From the human T2T-CHM13v2.0 reference genome, Homo sapiens, in assembly GCF_009914755.1 (NCBI RefSeq), contig NC_060925.1: 64,000 nt of DNA, one strand, 5' to 3'. Below, piece after piece: positions 40,829 through 53,481 of this stretch. Numbering within the stretch: position 1 is the first letter of the stretch; each line of letters starts with the position of its first letter. A program made the translations under genes and the position numbers. The notes under the pieces are model-generated. The model searched no databases. It worked only from the letters and a program-made list of their open reading frames with translations, and was not told where the DNA came from.

Positions 40829-40967
40829 CAGTTGGCCCCCTGTATCTTCAGGTTCTGAACCAAAATTGGTGAATAATAAGAGCCAACTAAAGAACTTGAG
40901 CATCTGCAGATTTCAGTGTCTTCATGGGTCCTGGAACCAATTCTCCATGAATACCAAAGGACCGTGG
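40829..40967 (-). mobile_element. MER2-like TcMar-Tigger MITE, internally deleted
   Basis: TA-flanked ends 'cagttggccccctgtatc' and 'acttgagcatctgcagattt..ggtcctggaaccaattctccatgaatacc'. Confidence 0.7.
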
Positions 40968-41424
40968 TATTCATTTTCCAAGACAGAATGGAGATGTCTA
41001 TTGCCCTAGATTTCATATTGTTCAGCCAGATATCTTGACATCATTAGAATGTCTTAAAATTCTTTAAGCCAGATGGACATTTACTTTCGTTTAAGTCATC
41101 ACAGTATACTTGAAAAAGTGTGCATGAAATGGTAACATGAACTATAAAGGGTTATCAGTTCGATTGTCATCAGCGCGCATTTATATTTATAAAATTCTCT
41201 TGCAGTGGTTCATTATAGCCCTGAAAAGCAAGGAAGTTCCTCATTACTAGTTTATAGAGTTATATGCACAGAGGCATGAGGTTATGAAATTAGTTATCTA
41301 AGCTTCTACAAAGGGGAGAAATCTCCTTCTACTTAACACTAGTCAAACATTCTCTGGAGAATATGATATGATTCTGGATACAAGATATCATAAATTACTG
41401 CACATTCTTGGAGGGCAACTGGGA

Positions 41425-41580
41425 TTCAATCACTCAACATATATTTCTTCAAAAACCATTTATTGCACTCTAAGCGCTTGCCCATTTTTTAGGTGCTGGG
41501 GATGCAATAGTGTTGTGTTAAGTAAGGTAAATAAAGTCTCTGCTTTGAGGGAGCTTGCATTCTGGCAAGCAAACTAAGAA
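41425..41580 (-). mobile_element. L2 3' fragment
   Basis: 'catttattgcactc..taggtgctggggatgcaatag..aaagtctctgctttgagggagcttgcattct'. Confidence 0.7.
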
Positions 41581-41619
41581 AGAGGAATATAGGCAAGTAT
41601 GAAGAATCTCTAAAGACCT

Positions 41620-41982
41620 TCAAGAGTAGACCTATCAGAAGAAGAGAAACCTTGGGGAAGGGAAGCTATTTGATGATTGCAAATAGTAGAAGATCTGAAC
41701 TTTAGAAGAGGAAGGAACTTACGTTTCTATTGGATGTTGCTCTGTAAGACAGAACTAGGACCAATGGGGAAGGTTAGGGAGGCAGACTTTGCTCAGTATA
41801 GAAGAGGACTTAGTAACAATTAGAGTTCTACTACATCTGAAAGTTACAAGCTCTTGAGAAAGTGTTCCAGATAAGGCTGGGTCGCCATCTGTCAGAGGCA
41901 GTTGCAGGAGGCTGCCTGCTTTTGGAGAAGAGTTTGAAGATGGTCTGTGTGGAACCATTCAAATCTATATCCTTATGATTCT
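41620..41982 (+). mobile_element. L3/CR1 LINE 3' end
   Basis: 'gacagaactaggaccaatggg..ggaggcagactttgctcagtatagaagagga..ccatctgtcag..ttatgattct' is typical of the CR1 3' region. Confidence 0.7.
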
Positions 41983-42234
41983 GCTCAGGTAATTAACTTC
42001 GAATGTATCACGCTGAGCTCATGACATTTTGAAAAACAAAATATTTTGAAACTAAGACACACATCTAAGCACACAAAGTAATCACAGGTATTTTGGACAG
42101 CAGGCTAACGCAAAGACATCACATGGGGACTATTATAAAATCTGGGGCCTACAGGGTTCCAGGGGGCTTACAAGAACGGATGAGAAGTAGAATTAGAGCC
42201 CGTGGGGAATGGAGCAGGAGAGAGGAAATGGTGT

Positions 42235-42380
42235 CAAAGGGTTGACAGGTCAGGGCCAGGGACATGGGTTCTGTCATTAAACGGTTGAAGCAGGTCACTT
42301 TAATTCCCTAGTCCTCAGTTTTCTTATGCGTAAGAGAACATTTTGCATCGATGGCTTCAACTAGATCTGATTTTCTGAGA
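42235..42380 (+). mobile_element. MIR3-like SINE
   Basis: 'gacatgggttctg..caggtcactttaattccctagtcctcagttttcttatgcgtaa'. Confidence 0.6.
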
Positions 42381-42654
42381 TGAGAAGAGAAGTATACATC
42401 CCTTTTCCTTGCCACAAAAGTCTTTTGACTGGCAAAGCCGATAGTGAGTTCAGTAGGGAAGTGTCCTATACTATTGCTTTCACACAAGTTTACTCACATA
42501 TTCATTTACTCTCATCCACAGCTCGGTGTTCAGAACTTTGGGCAGTATTGATAAACTTCACCTTTCATGTATATTTGCTAATAAGGTATTGCAGTTAGTT
42601 ATTTGATTCTAAAGTCTACTCACTTAGATGTTACCTTACAATAATGGTTAAGAT

Positions 42655-43706
42655 TAAGATATGGTCAACAAGAACAGGAAAAGATGTTCAGCATCACGAG
42701 TCATCAGAGAAATGCAAATCAAAACCACAAGATGCCACTTCAAACTCATTAGGATGGCTAGAAACAAAAAGTTAGATAACAATAAGCATTGGCAAAGACA
42801 GGGAGAAATCAGAACCTTTATTCTTGCTGGTAGGAATGTGAATGGTGCAACTCTTTTGGAAAATAGCAAGGCAATTCCTCATGTGATTAAACAATTACCA
42901 TATGATCAGCAATTCCGCTCCAAAGTATACACTTTGGGGGGCCGAGATGGGCAGATCATTTGAGATCAGGAGTTTGAGACCCACCTGGCCAACATGGTGA
43001 AACCCTGTCTCTACTAAAAACACAGAAAAATTAGCCAGGCATGGTGGTGTGCACCTGTAATTCCAGCTACTCAGGAAGGTGAGGTAGGAGGATCGCTTAA
43101 ACCCAGGAGGCAAAGGTTGCAGTGAGCTGAGATAGACCACTGCACTCCAGCCTGGGTAACAGAGCAAGACTCCATCTCAAAAAAAACAAAAAAAAAAAAA
43201 AAAGAAAGAAAGAAAAGAAAATATATGTTTCTGCAAAAACTTGTACATGAATGCCTATAGCAGCATTTTTCATAATAGACAAAAGAGGAAAACAATCCAA
43301 ATGTCCATGAACTGACAACCAGTTAAACAACATACAATGTACTATTATTTGGCCATTAAAAGGAATGAAGTATTGGTACCTGCTGCAAAATGGGTAAACC
43401 TTGAAAACATTATGCTAAGTGAGAGAAACTACATGTTGTATGATTCTATTCACATGAAAATACAGAATAGGGACATTTATAAGACAAAAAGTAGATAGGT
43501 GCTTGCTTAGGGTTTGGGGGAGGGGATAGCAGGGTGATTGTGAAAAGAATACTGAGTTTCTTTTTAAGGTGACAAAAATGTTCTAAAATTGTCTGTGTTG
43601 ATTGTTGCACATATCTGCAAATATGCAAAAAGCCATTAATTATACACTTTAAATGGATGAATTTATGGTTATTTGAATTATATATCAATAAAGCTCTTTT
43701 TAAAAA
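42655..43706 (+). mobile_element. L1MB-type 3' fragment interrupted by an Alu
   Basis: ORF 42661-42963 'KRCSASRVIREMQIKTTRCHFKLIRMA' is L1 ORF2 C-terminal; 3' end 'tgaattatatatcaataaagct'. Confidence 0.88.
42930..43220 (+). mobile_element. Alu (old S/Jb type) missing its first ~30 nt
   Basis: Starts at 'cactttgggg'; both arms and an A/GAAA tail present. Confidence 0.92.
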
Positions 43707-44214
43707 GTAATATTTGAATCCGTGGTTTGAAAATAGTCTCTAATAAAATACTTGACTCCCCAAACCAGGTTGTAGGACACCCCAAATTATAGCCTTAGTT
43801 CAAATAAGGAGAGTCCATTTCAGATTCCATTTGAGCCTTTAAAATCTGTATTTTAGTAAGTGAGGAACTCAGACCTTCAGTCTCTGATGATTTGGGGAAA
43901 CTAGGTTTGCGGAAAAATAATTCCTATCCTTTTAATGCTTTCTGTGTCATTTGTCCTAGGTTCTCCCTCCTAAAGATGCAATTATAAGATGCAGAAGAGT
44001 GAAATATCTAGAAGATACCCCAAAATCAGTTGCTACTATACACCCTCCAGTAAGCTTCTATCAAAAAGGAAAATTTTTTAAAGAAAAATGTTATAAAAGA
44101 GGTATATTATTTTTAATACTATATTCTTGCAATTTAAAATAAGGAAAAAATATAAAGAGCTTCAAAATGTTACTGTCTCTTGTTACATGACATGGCCAAA
44201 GTTTTACTTATTGG

Positions 44215-44390
44215 CATTTATTAAGTACTCTTGTGCCCTAGATGCTTTTACATACCTTTAGTCATAATCCTGTTTAGGGTTACAGAAGCGGAGTTTATAG
44301 AGACTGCAATTTGCCTCAAATTACACTGTTTTTGGTAAGTGGTAGAACCAGGACTTGAATCTGTATCTTTCAGTCATCAGAGTCTTTTGG
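44215..44390 (-). mobile_element. MIR SINE
   Basis: 'catttattaagtactcttgtgcc..gctttacata..ggtaagtggtagaaccaggacttgaa'. Confidence 0.65.
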
Positions 44391-47300
44391 TCCAAACTGC
44401 CCTTGAAGAAAATGGACCAACACCATGGCTTGAGTTCTCCTATTGCTAAGGACAATAAAATAATACAAGATATAAATAGGAAAGCTGGCTACTCAAAAGA
44501 TCCATCCACAAAGTTTTCTAACGTAAAACCACCTCCTGAAGTGAGTTATCCTTACTAATTTCTAAAAGGGTAGCATCATTGCCAAAAGTCTTCCCAATCC
44601 AAACTTTCTTACTTTTATGCTAGCTGAATTCAGATGGCAGCACCTTCCCTCTCTTGTCATTTTCTCTTGCTTTCACCCTACACAAATTGCTAGTGGTTGA
44701 ATTGCCAACACACTAGAGCTCCCCTAGTGCTTCTCACACATCTCCAGAAATGATGTCAGACCAGCTCGGCTCATGTTCATATTCTCCTTGGCTGATGAAA
44801 TATTTAAGCCATGCTGATAGCCTCAGATGGCATTTTAGATGCAGAATACACCAGCCTGTTGTTCCTCTTTGCAGAGGAACAGTAGGCTACGGCGCCCTGC
44901 CTCCATTTCTCTCCCATGTTTATGCTAAGAATGATACTTCTTCCTAATGGTGTTTTAATCAAAAACAGCTCATCACCAATACTTTTTTTTTTCTTTTTTT
45001 ACAAAAAGAAGCCATTTCTAGTAGGCTTGGCTGACAGAGTGTATACAATTAGTAAGACCTTTTAGAGAAAGAATTTACAGAAAATGCTCCATTCGTTGAC
45101 TTTCAATTAAAATGATAACAGCAACAGATCGAGTGAAAGGAAACCTGTTGCCATTCTGTCAGCCCTGTGGCAGGTGTGTGGTGGGAGAGCGAGGCTGTCT
45201 TTGCAAGCACAAGTGAGCAGGTCATTCTGACTGCAGCGTTTACACCCAAGCTAATTGATAAAGACATTCTCATTTTGACCCGATCCCATGGAAAACAGGC
45301 AAACAAACCAAAAACACTTGTCAAACAGCTATGTTAACACAGGTAAGGTTAATAGGTGTGAGAGACTAGACTTTCCTTAATATTAATCAAAAATAATTTA
45401 GGCTTTAACACAATGCCCTTGCTCTTTAATTTTGATGGTAAAAATCAGAACACTTCCCTTCAATGCCATTAATGGGGTCAGCCTCCAAGTCTGAGCGAGT
45501 AGCCATGCCGTCAGTCCCATGGAATCCTAAAAACCATCATCATTTGTTTCTAAACAGATCATGAGCTATTTACCATCCCAGTGTTTTGTGCACAGCTGGG
45601 TGTCTGGCAAGTGTCCAATATCCATTAACATTTAAAAATTAGGCCCATAATGCATCTTTTCTGGGGCTTGAGAAGTATACACAGTGACACATGGTGGGAA
45701 CCAATTACACTTGCACTACCATTAGTCTGGCTGCATTCAACTTCCCAGTAAATGCAGGCTAATTTAGTTTCCAGAATGGTGTGTCTAAATTCATACAATA
45801 ATCTTAGAGAAGGCTGCATATCTAAAGATTTATAGTGGAACAAACTGCTCAGCAAGAATATTACTTCCCACAGTGAAACATGAGAGCACATCACAGGACG
45901 ATTCACTGAATTTCTGCAAGTTTCCTTTCAATATGTCCTTTCTAAAACTTCCAGTCAGGGGATGAGTTGGAGGACACAAACAGACTAACAGATTTCAGTA
46001 ACCATTTCTGTTGCCTTGGTCTGCAGAGCTACCATCACTTTGTATGCTAACAGATACCTTTAAATGTGTCTTTCTCACCTTTGGAGTTATAGCTGGGTTA
46101 CCTTAATCCATTTTTCCAGTGGATGGACAAATTCTGCCTTTGGAATAGAGTACTTTGAACTCTTTTTGGGCATTGTATTACCTTATTGCCCAAGATGAGC
46201 AAAGCAAACTCTACAATTGGTGGTTTGGTAAAAGGTTGAATACAGAGAAGTTCAGAAATAAATGCTGTCTGGAAAGTGCTGTTCTCCAAACTTCCACTGT
46301 CTGGAACAATTTCTCTAATAATATCCAAGGCAAAATAGGGAGTCAGGTCTATCTGGAAAGCAACCCAAAGAGAACCTCCTTCCTTGCTAGGTGTCCATTC
46401 CACTCTCAAAATCAGGATGGAAACTGATTAGCTTCTCTGGCTAATCATTCTGGGGCACATACTGTACCAAGCTTCTTAGCTCACTCAGTCTATGTCATGC
46501 TGCTTAATAAAGCTAAATTGCTCACACAAACAGAATACTGTGCCATGGGCTTTTAGGATTCAGAGGTGGTTTAAAAATATAATTTTTCACTAACATTCAG
46601 CAGAACAATTTAGCAATAGCTTACAGAAAATTGCAGGAAAGCAGTAATTTTCCAAATGTGCACAAACTGATTCAGCAATTTACAAATTAGAGACTTTGGG
46701 GGTGGTTAGGATGTGCAGTGAGCTAGCAAAGTTGTCCTCTCTGAGGGCAGACTTCCCGTGCCTCAGGCTATGCTGGGGAACACCATTGCCTTTTTCTCTA
46801 GCACCTTGAAATATTTAATGGCAAAACTTTGTTTGGAGGTTATAACTGTTAAGTTAAAAATTACGTTGACTGAATTGATTTAAATTGGAATTGACTCCAG
46901 GAAATGCCAAGGCCTCTGTAATTGAAGAGTGATTTTTAATGAGTTTGGAGCAAATACTAGTTCTCTTTCAGTGTTCTCTTATTTTGAGAAGACCGTATAC
47001 TACAATGTTTTTCATTGAGAAGCTTATAAACAGCATCGAAGGTACAACTGCCTCATCAGGGCTGTTGATTTGTGCACTTACTGAATTAGGAGTTTGTGGA
47101 TAGCATTCTTTTCTTATTGTTTAGGAAGTATGAATCACTGCCACAGCTGAAAATGTATAGGATAGGCAGTTAGGCACAGTATATTAAAATAATATGAATG
47201 TGCCAATTGAGGAAAACAATGAAACCTATTATTTAATAAAACTGTCTATATCGTATGTTTCCAGATCATTTTGTAGGGCGATTTTAGTGTAAGGATTAAC

Positions 47301-48494
47301 CCAATTGGTGCAGATTAGATGAGGAGAGGCCTGATTTGAGTGAGAATATTTTCTTTCAATAACTTTAAAAGGTATAGATTTTATCTATAATAGTCATTTG
47401 GATATGTGTCTTGCTTAAAATAGCTAGTTCAATACAGACTGGGGAAACAGGTGCACTTATCTTTTGTATAAAATGCATGCAGGGTTATGATCTCATCACA
47501 CATACAAAGAACCCTTTACAACTGGAATCATGAACAAGAAATGTATTTCCTTCAACTTAATTATTTAGTTTCCTACTAAGAAGTTGCTCTGCAGAGGTCA
47601 ATTATCCTTCAGGGATATCCTGGAAGAAATGAACAATTAGCTTGATTTTCTGTTGAATTTGGAGCTTGAAACTCAGTATGTGATCTATTAAAAAAAGGAG
47701 ATAATTCCTCTTAAACCATGTCCTAATCTACACTGGAGTCTTACACTGCAGGTAAGAAATCAGCAAAGTAATCCAATCCACCACCATGGGGCCAAGACTG
47801 AGTATCTTGATATACAACAATCATGGCTTCAAAACGTTAATGGAAAAATCTCTCATGGGGAGCTATGAAGAATAACAGAATTCACTCCTCTTATGAAGTG
47901 CAAAGCCTTATGAAAGGGAAATGCCATTTGATTTTTTTTAACTAAACAGAATTGCTCAAATCTGATTAAAGAGAGTAGCAGCAAACATTGTAATTTGGGG
48001 TAATCAGGAGAGTGTACAGTTTTATGGAGAGATGAAAGGCATGAGTATGGCTTTCATAAGCTTCAGACTATCCAGGAGGCTGACCGTTACCTGGCTCTGC
48101 TCTAAAAAAAGCTTTCTTGCCCTAAGAAACAGAATTTAAAGTGGGGACTAAATTGAGTTAAAAAGCATCCTGCACAGAGCTTTTCAGAAAAGCGCTGAAC
48201 TCGCCTATGTAATGAATCTAGAGAAAAAATTATTTTCTCTCTGGAAATGTCTTTCTCTTTTTGAGTTATTTAAACATGGGAGTTGTAATACAACATTCTT
48301 TTTTATTTCAGTTTTTAAATTTGAGGATGCTGGTTTCAGCTGGCTCTATTTCCTTGGAAGTCAGGGCTATGCTTTAAGCTTAATAATATTGGATGACCCT
48401 CAAGACCTTTAAATCACCTTCATGTCACTGATTTAGCATTTCCCCTGAGGATGCATTCATTTGTTCTGTCTCAGTCCTGAAAGTCTGGCTTTAA

Positions 48495-48527
48495 CACACA
48501 CATAAACGCACATGCACACACACACAC
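48495..48527. repeat. Degenerate (CA)n microsatellite
   Basis: Read directly from the sequence. Confidence 0.8.
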
Positions 48528-48810
48528 GGAAAAGAGATGAAAATATGCAGAGGGTTAAAAGAAGAACTCAAAAGTATATTACGGAGTAGGAACTTGCTAG
48601 AGTTGTGTCATTTAAAAGATAATCCCAAGCAAATAGTTTTATAGCCAGTTGCTGGCTTTCTTTACAGCAGAAAGATCTGTTTTATCAAAAACCACTGAGT
48701 GGGTGGCAGAAATAAGTCTCTGCCTGGAGATGGAGTAGAGCTCTCTTAAATGGCTGCTACTTATGATACCAATGATAACTTGTAATAATGCATAACAAAG
48801 AGCACCCTGA

Positions 48811-49164
<354 letters not shown>

Positions 49165-49649
49165 TCATTTACTTTTACAGCATGCTGGAAAAGCAGAGTG
49201 GGCAGATCTTACTTCTCCCTCTGCAGTGAAGAGATGTGAAGACCAGAGCTGAGAATATGTGAAGTGAGACAAGATTAGGTGCTTCTGGTTGAACCCCTTT
49301 GAGTTATTTTTTTCTAATATATATCCCTTTCAACATTTTTCTGTGTTCAATTTCACACTGTTTCCCATCTGGCCTAAGTGGATGGGAGGGGAGTCCCAGG
49401 AATTCAACTCAATCTGAAAGACATGCTCTTTGATTTTAATCTTCCCTTTTCCTTAAACTCAACTTCTGCAGACTACCTTGACATGACCTAGTAATCCCAA
49501 GCCATCAGACTGGTGTCCAATGTGACCACAAGAGATTTTATGAGGAAATGTATGGTCTGACCACTCAGAATGGACGTGTTTTTCCAAAACTAAGCACCAA
49601 CCTACTTGGCAGCTTAATGTGTCCTAAAGGATTGGGTAAAGGGAACTAT

Positions 49650-49830
49650 CACAGCTTTTGGTGTCAGACATACCTGGGTTTAAGCAATGGCTGATGCTTG
49701 GTCTGAGTCCTCACTTCACCATCTGCAAAATGGAGATAAGATCAGTAATCACCTCAGAGAGTTATTTATTTTAGTAAAGAGGAATGAGATAATGCAAGTA
49801 AAACGTGTCTGTAATTATAGTAGGCTCTCA
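49650..49830 (+). mobile_element. MIR SINE
   Basis: 'ttttggtgtcagacatacctgggtttaag..ccatctgcaaaatggagataag'. Confidence 0.7.
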
Positions 49831-50321
49831 TCACAGACCCAGCCTGAACCAAGCAACTTACATCTTCATGATCCATATTAGCCTTGGACTCAGTGTTTTC
49901 TCCAGCCTTGTCTTTCCTGTGTACACTTTCTTAGTCAAAGTTCCCAAGTCCTAACTTTTTGTTATTCCATGTTGAATCTCACAAAGGAATTTCCCAAGTA
50001 TACTCTTTATTTTGAAAATATATTACCTAACTCGTAAAGTCAGAAATTTTTCTTCGGCTATATAGCTTCCGAGGTTTTTCTGCCCAATTGCCCTCCAGAA
50101 TGTGTAGGTTGAATTAGATCAAGCTTACTGAGGAAGCCAATTACTAATTTCCTTCCTATGGAGAAGTGAATTTGCCACGAGAAGGTCTCACATCTCATAA
50201 AACTGCCTGTGACGGTGTAAAACGCATCATGGGAGTTTCCAAATGCATTTCTCTGCTTTGCTACGAGTATTGAAGCATCAGAGAATATTAACAGTGACTT
50301 GGAGCCCCAAAGTCACTGCTC

Positions 50322-50415
50322 AGCCCATTTTCCAGATGAAGACACTGAAACATAAAAAGGTCGAGTAGTTCTTCAGTTACCAAAATGGAGAAGAGCCTTG
50401 AACTACTGACCTCTA
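50322..50415 (-). mobile_element. MIR fragment
   Basis: 'cccattttccagatgaagacactgaaacataaaaaggtcgagtag'. Confidence 0.55.
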
Positions 50416-50929
50416 GTGTTGTACCTTTTGTATCTCAGAATAAAGCACACTCTTTAATAAATTATTTGTGAATACAAGTTTGAAGGCAATGTCTATTCAT
50501 AAAACAACTGACCTAGTTAATCTAGGCAATCAAGTTAATTAAACAATTAATTCCTTGGCAGGTGAAAGGAGGGCAAGTTGCTAACAAGCAAAGGACTGCT
50601 AAATTGGCTGTTTGGCCAATTGTTTGATGAAATCATCCTCAAGTCAGTCCAACAGTCATTTCAACAGCCTTCTAGATACAAGACAGATCAGGAGGTGATC
50701 TGTCTCCACTGCTGTGCTGAATGAATGGGCAGTGGTGGTGATAGTGGTGGGCCATCCAATTTAATAGAATGAGATGATTTTCATTCTTTGGGATTTACAG
50801 GATGCATAATTGTGGCTAGTCATTAATTTTTTCTTATTCAAATGGAGGTTAGTTCTTGATGAGCCGTCACACATTTCTTTCCCTTGCACAGTGATTTATT
50901 TCCTCCATTCATTTTTCCTTCAGTGACAC

Positions 50930-51642
50930 TTTCTTTTTCCTAATTTTTTTTTAACTTTAAGTTCCAGGATACATGTGCAGAACGTGCAGGTTTGTTACAC
51001 AGGTATACGTGTGCCATGGCAGTTTGCTGCACCTATTGACCTGTCCTCTAAGTTCCCTCCCTTCACCCCCACCCCCCAAAATGCCTTGTTTCCCGCCCTG
51101 TGTCCACGTGTTCTCATTGTTCAACTCCCACTTATGAGTGAGAACATTCAGTATTTGGTTTTCTGTCCTGTGTTAGTTTGCTGAGGATGATGGCTTCCAG
51201 TTTCATCCATGTCCCTCCATAGGACATGATCTCATTCCTTTTTATGGCTGTGTAGAAGTCTATGGTGTATATGTACCACATTTTCTTTATCCAGTCTATG
51301 ATTGATGGGCATTTGTGTTGGTTCCATGACTTTGCTATTGTAAATTGTGCTGCAATAAACATACGTATGCACGTGTCTTTATAGTAGAATGATTTAAATT
51401 CCTTTGGGTATATACTCGGTAATGGGATTGCTGGGTCAAATGGTATTTCTGGTTCTAGATCCTTGAGGAATCACCATACTGTCTTCCACAATGGATGAAC
51501 TAATTTAAATTCCCACCAACAGTGTAAAAGCTTTCCTATTTCTCCACACCAGTACCCATTGTTTCTTCACTTTTTAATAATTGCCATTCTGACTGAAGTG
51601 AGATGGTATCTCATTTTGGTTTGCATTTCTCTAATGATCGGT
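50930..51642 (-). mobile_element. L1PA8-like 5'-truncated 3' end (~0.7 kb)
   Basis: ORF 51132-51362 'MFIAAQFTIAKSWNQHKCPS..WIKKMWYIYT..WMKLEAIILSKL' is the L1 ORF2 C-terminus; 3'UTR 'cctctaagttccctccc'. Confidence 0.93.
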
Positions 51643-51671
51643 TAAAGTGATGCATTTTCACAAGGCCTAAC

Positions 51672-52041
51672 TATATTAGTTCATTTTCATGCTGCTGACA
51701 GAGACATACCTAAGACTGGGCAATTTACAAAAGAAAGAGGTTTAATGGACTTACATTTCCACTTAGCTGGGGGGTGCTTCACAATCATGGTGGAAGGCGA
51801 GGAGAAGCAAGTCACATCTTACATGGATGGCAGCAGAGCAAAGAGAGAGCTTGTGCAGGAAAACCCCCATTTTTAAAACCATCAGATCTCATGAGACTCA
51901 TTCACTATCATGAGAACAGCACAGGAAAGACCCACCACATAATTCAATCACCTCCCACCAGATTCATCCCATGACATATGGGAATTGTGGGAGTTACAAT
52001 TCAAGATGAGATTTGGGTGAGGACACAGCCAAACCATATTA
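51672..52041 (-). mobile_element. THE1C-like solo LTR (ERVL-MaLR), full length
   Basis: 'tattagttcattttcatgctgctga..aaaccatcagatctcatgagact..gagatttgggtgaggacacagccaaaccatat', 370 bp; perfect TSD ctaac/ctaac. Confidence 0.93.
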
Positions 52042-52927
52042 CTAACAAAAGATGGACAACCAACTCAAGTGCAAAGTTAAATACAACTGTTCAAAGGCCC
52101 TTCTCCAGAAATTAAGCAGATATTTACATGACAGCCAGAATGACAGGAGAAATCAGTCAAAGGTGATTTTAATTTTTTCTCTTTCTCTTTGCTTCTAGAA
52201 TCATACATTTTTCCTAATGAACTGAGGGAGATGAAGCTGCCTCTCTGATAGTAAGTTTCACAACACTCAGAAGCACAAGATGGCTTTGACTCCCATTTCT
52301 GATTTCATCCTGTCATTCTTTTTCTTTTACAGACATGTTTTTTTCTCATCGGTCTCTGAGAGTTAGGAAATGTTTCAAAGGCTATAGCATCCATTCCATA
52401 TATCTTAGTTGTCCCCAAATGGGCTCTGCAGAATTATCTTCACTAATGTAGGGCCAGCAGTGAGCTCTGTGACAACTACTTATGCACCACATTTCTGGGT
52501 GCCTAACTACTCATATCACATGAAAGCCCTAGGTCTTCCACATGATGGCACATAAACAAGACTAATCCCTGAATGTCACCAGCTCAGAGGCACCTCTTGC
52601 TAATTTGGGAATTCCCAGTTCCCCTCCCCCTGCCAACTTGATTCTCTAATTATGTGTGCAGGCCCACCCTGGGATACAGTCATGTAGGATTTAGTCTTTC
52701 AAATTCTTTGCAAGGTGTTTCCCTAGACTTGGCTGTGTCCTGAGGAGGAAGACTGCTCAGCTCAGCAGTAATCTTGTAGTTTGGTAGCCTTTAGGGGGCT
52801 TGAGCTGCACAATAATGGGGGTGGAGTGGGGCTGGAGACCCACTAGTGGAGAGAGAAAGAAAAGGCCTTCTCCTCAAATCTCTGTTGTGCTTTGCACCTG
52901 GGTTCCAGAGTAACTTAATTTGGGCCC

Positions 52928-53481
52928 TGTGATGGTTAATATTGAGTGTCAACTTGATTAGATTGAAGGATGCAAAGTGTTGTTCCTGGGTGTGTCTGTA
53001 AGGGTGTTGCCAAAGAAGATTAACAGTTGAGTCAGTGGACTGGGAGAAGCAGACACACCTTCAATATGAGTGGGCACCATCTAATCAGTTGCTGGGAGGC
53101 TAGAATAAAGCAGGCAGGAGAAGATGGAAGAGCAGACTTGCTGAGTCTTCTGGCCTTCATCTTTCTCCTGTGCTGGATGCTTCCTGCCCTCAAAAATCAG
53201 ACTCCGAGTTACTTGGCTTTTGGACTCTTAGACTTACACCAGTGATTTGCCAAGGGCTCTTGGGCCTTTGGCCACAGAAGGCTGCACTGTCGGCTTCCCT
53301 ACCTTTGAGGTTTTGGGACCCAGACTGATCCACCATTGGCTTCCTTGCTCCGCAGCTTGCAGATGGCTTATTGTGGTACTTTACCTTGTGATAGTGTGAG
53401 TCAATTCTCCATAATAAACTCCTTTTCATATATACATCTAACCTACTAGTTGTGTCCCTCTAGAGAACCCTGACTAATACA
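52928..53481 (+). mobile_element. MLT2A2 solo LTR (ERVL), full length
   Basis: 'tgtgatggttaatattgagtgtcaacttgatt..ctagagaaccctgactaataca', 554 bp; perfect TSD ggccc/ggccc. Confidence 0.93.

Noticed and set aside
51132-51362. ORF with clear protein homology
   Set aside because: It is the L1 ORF2 C-terminus of a 5'-truncated L1PA copy with no promoter, ORF1 or RT domain, so neither a gene nor an active element.
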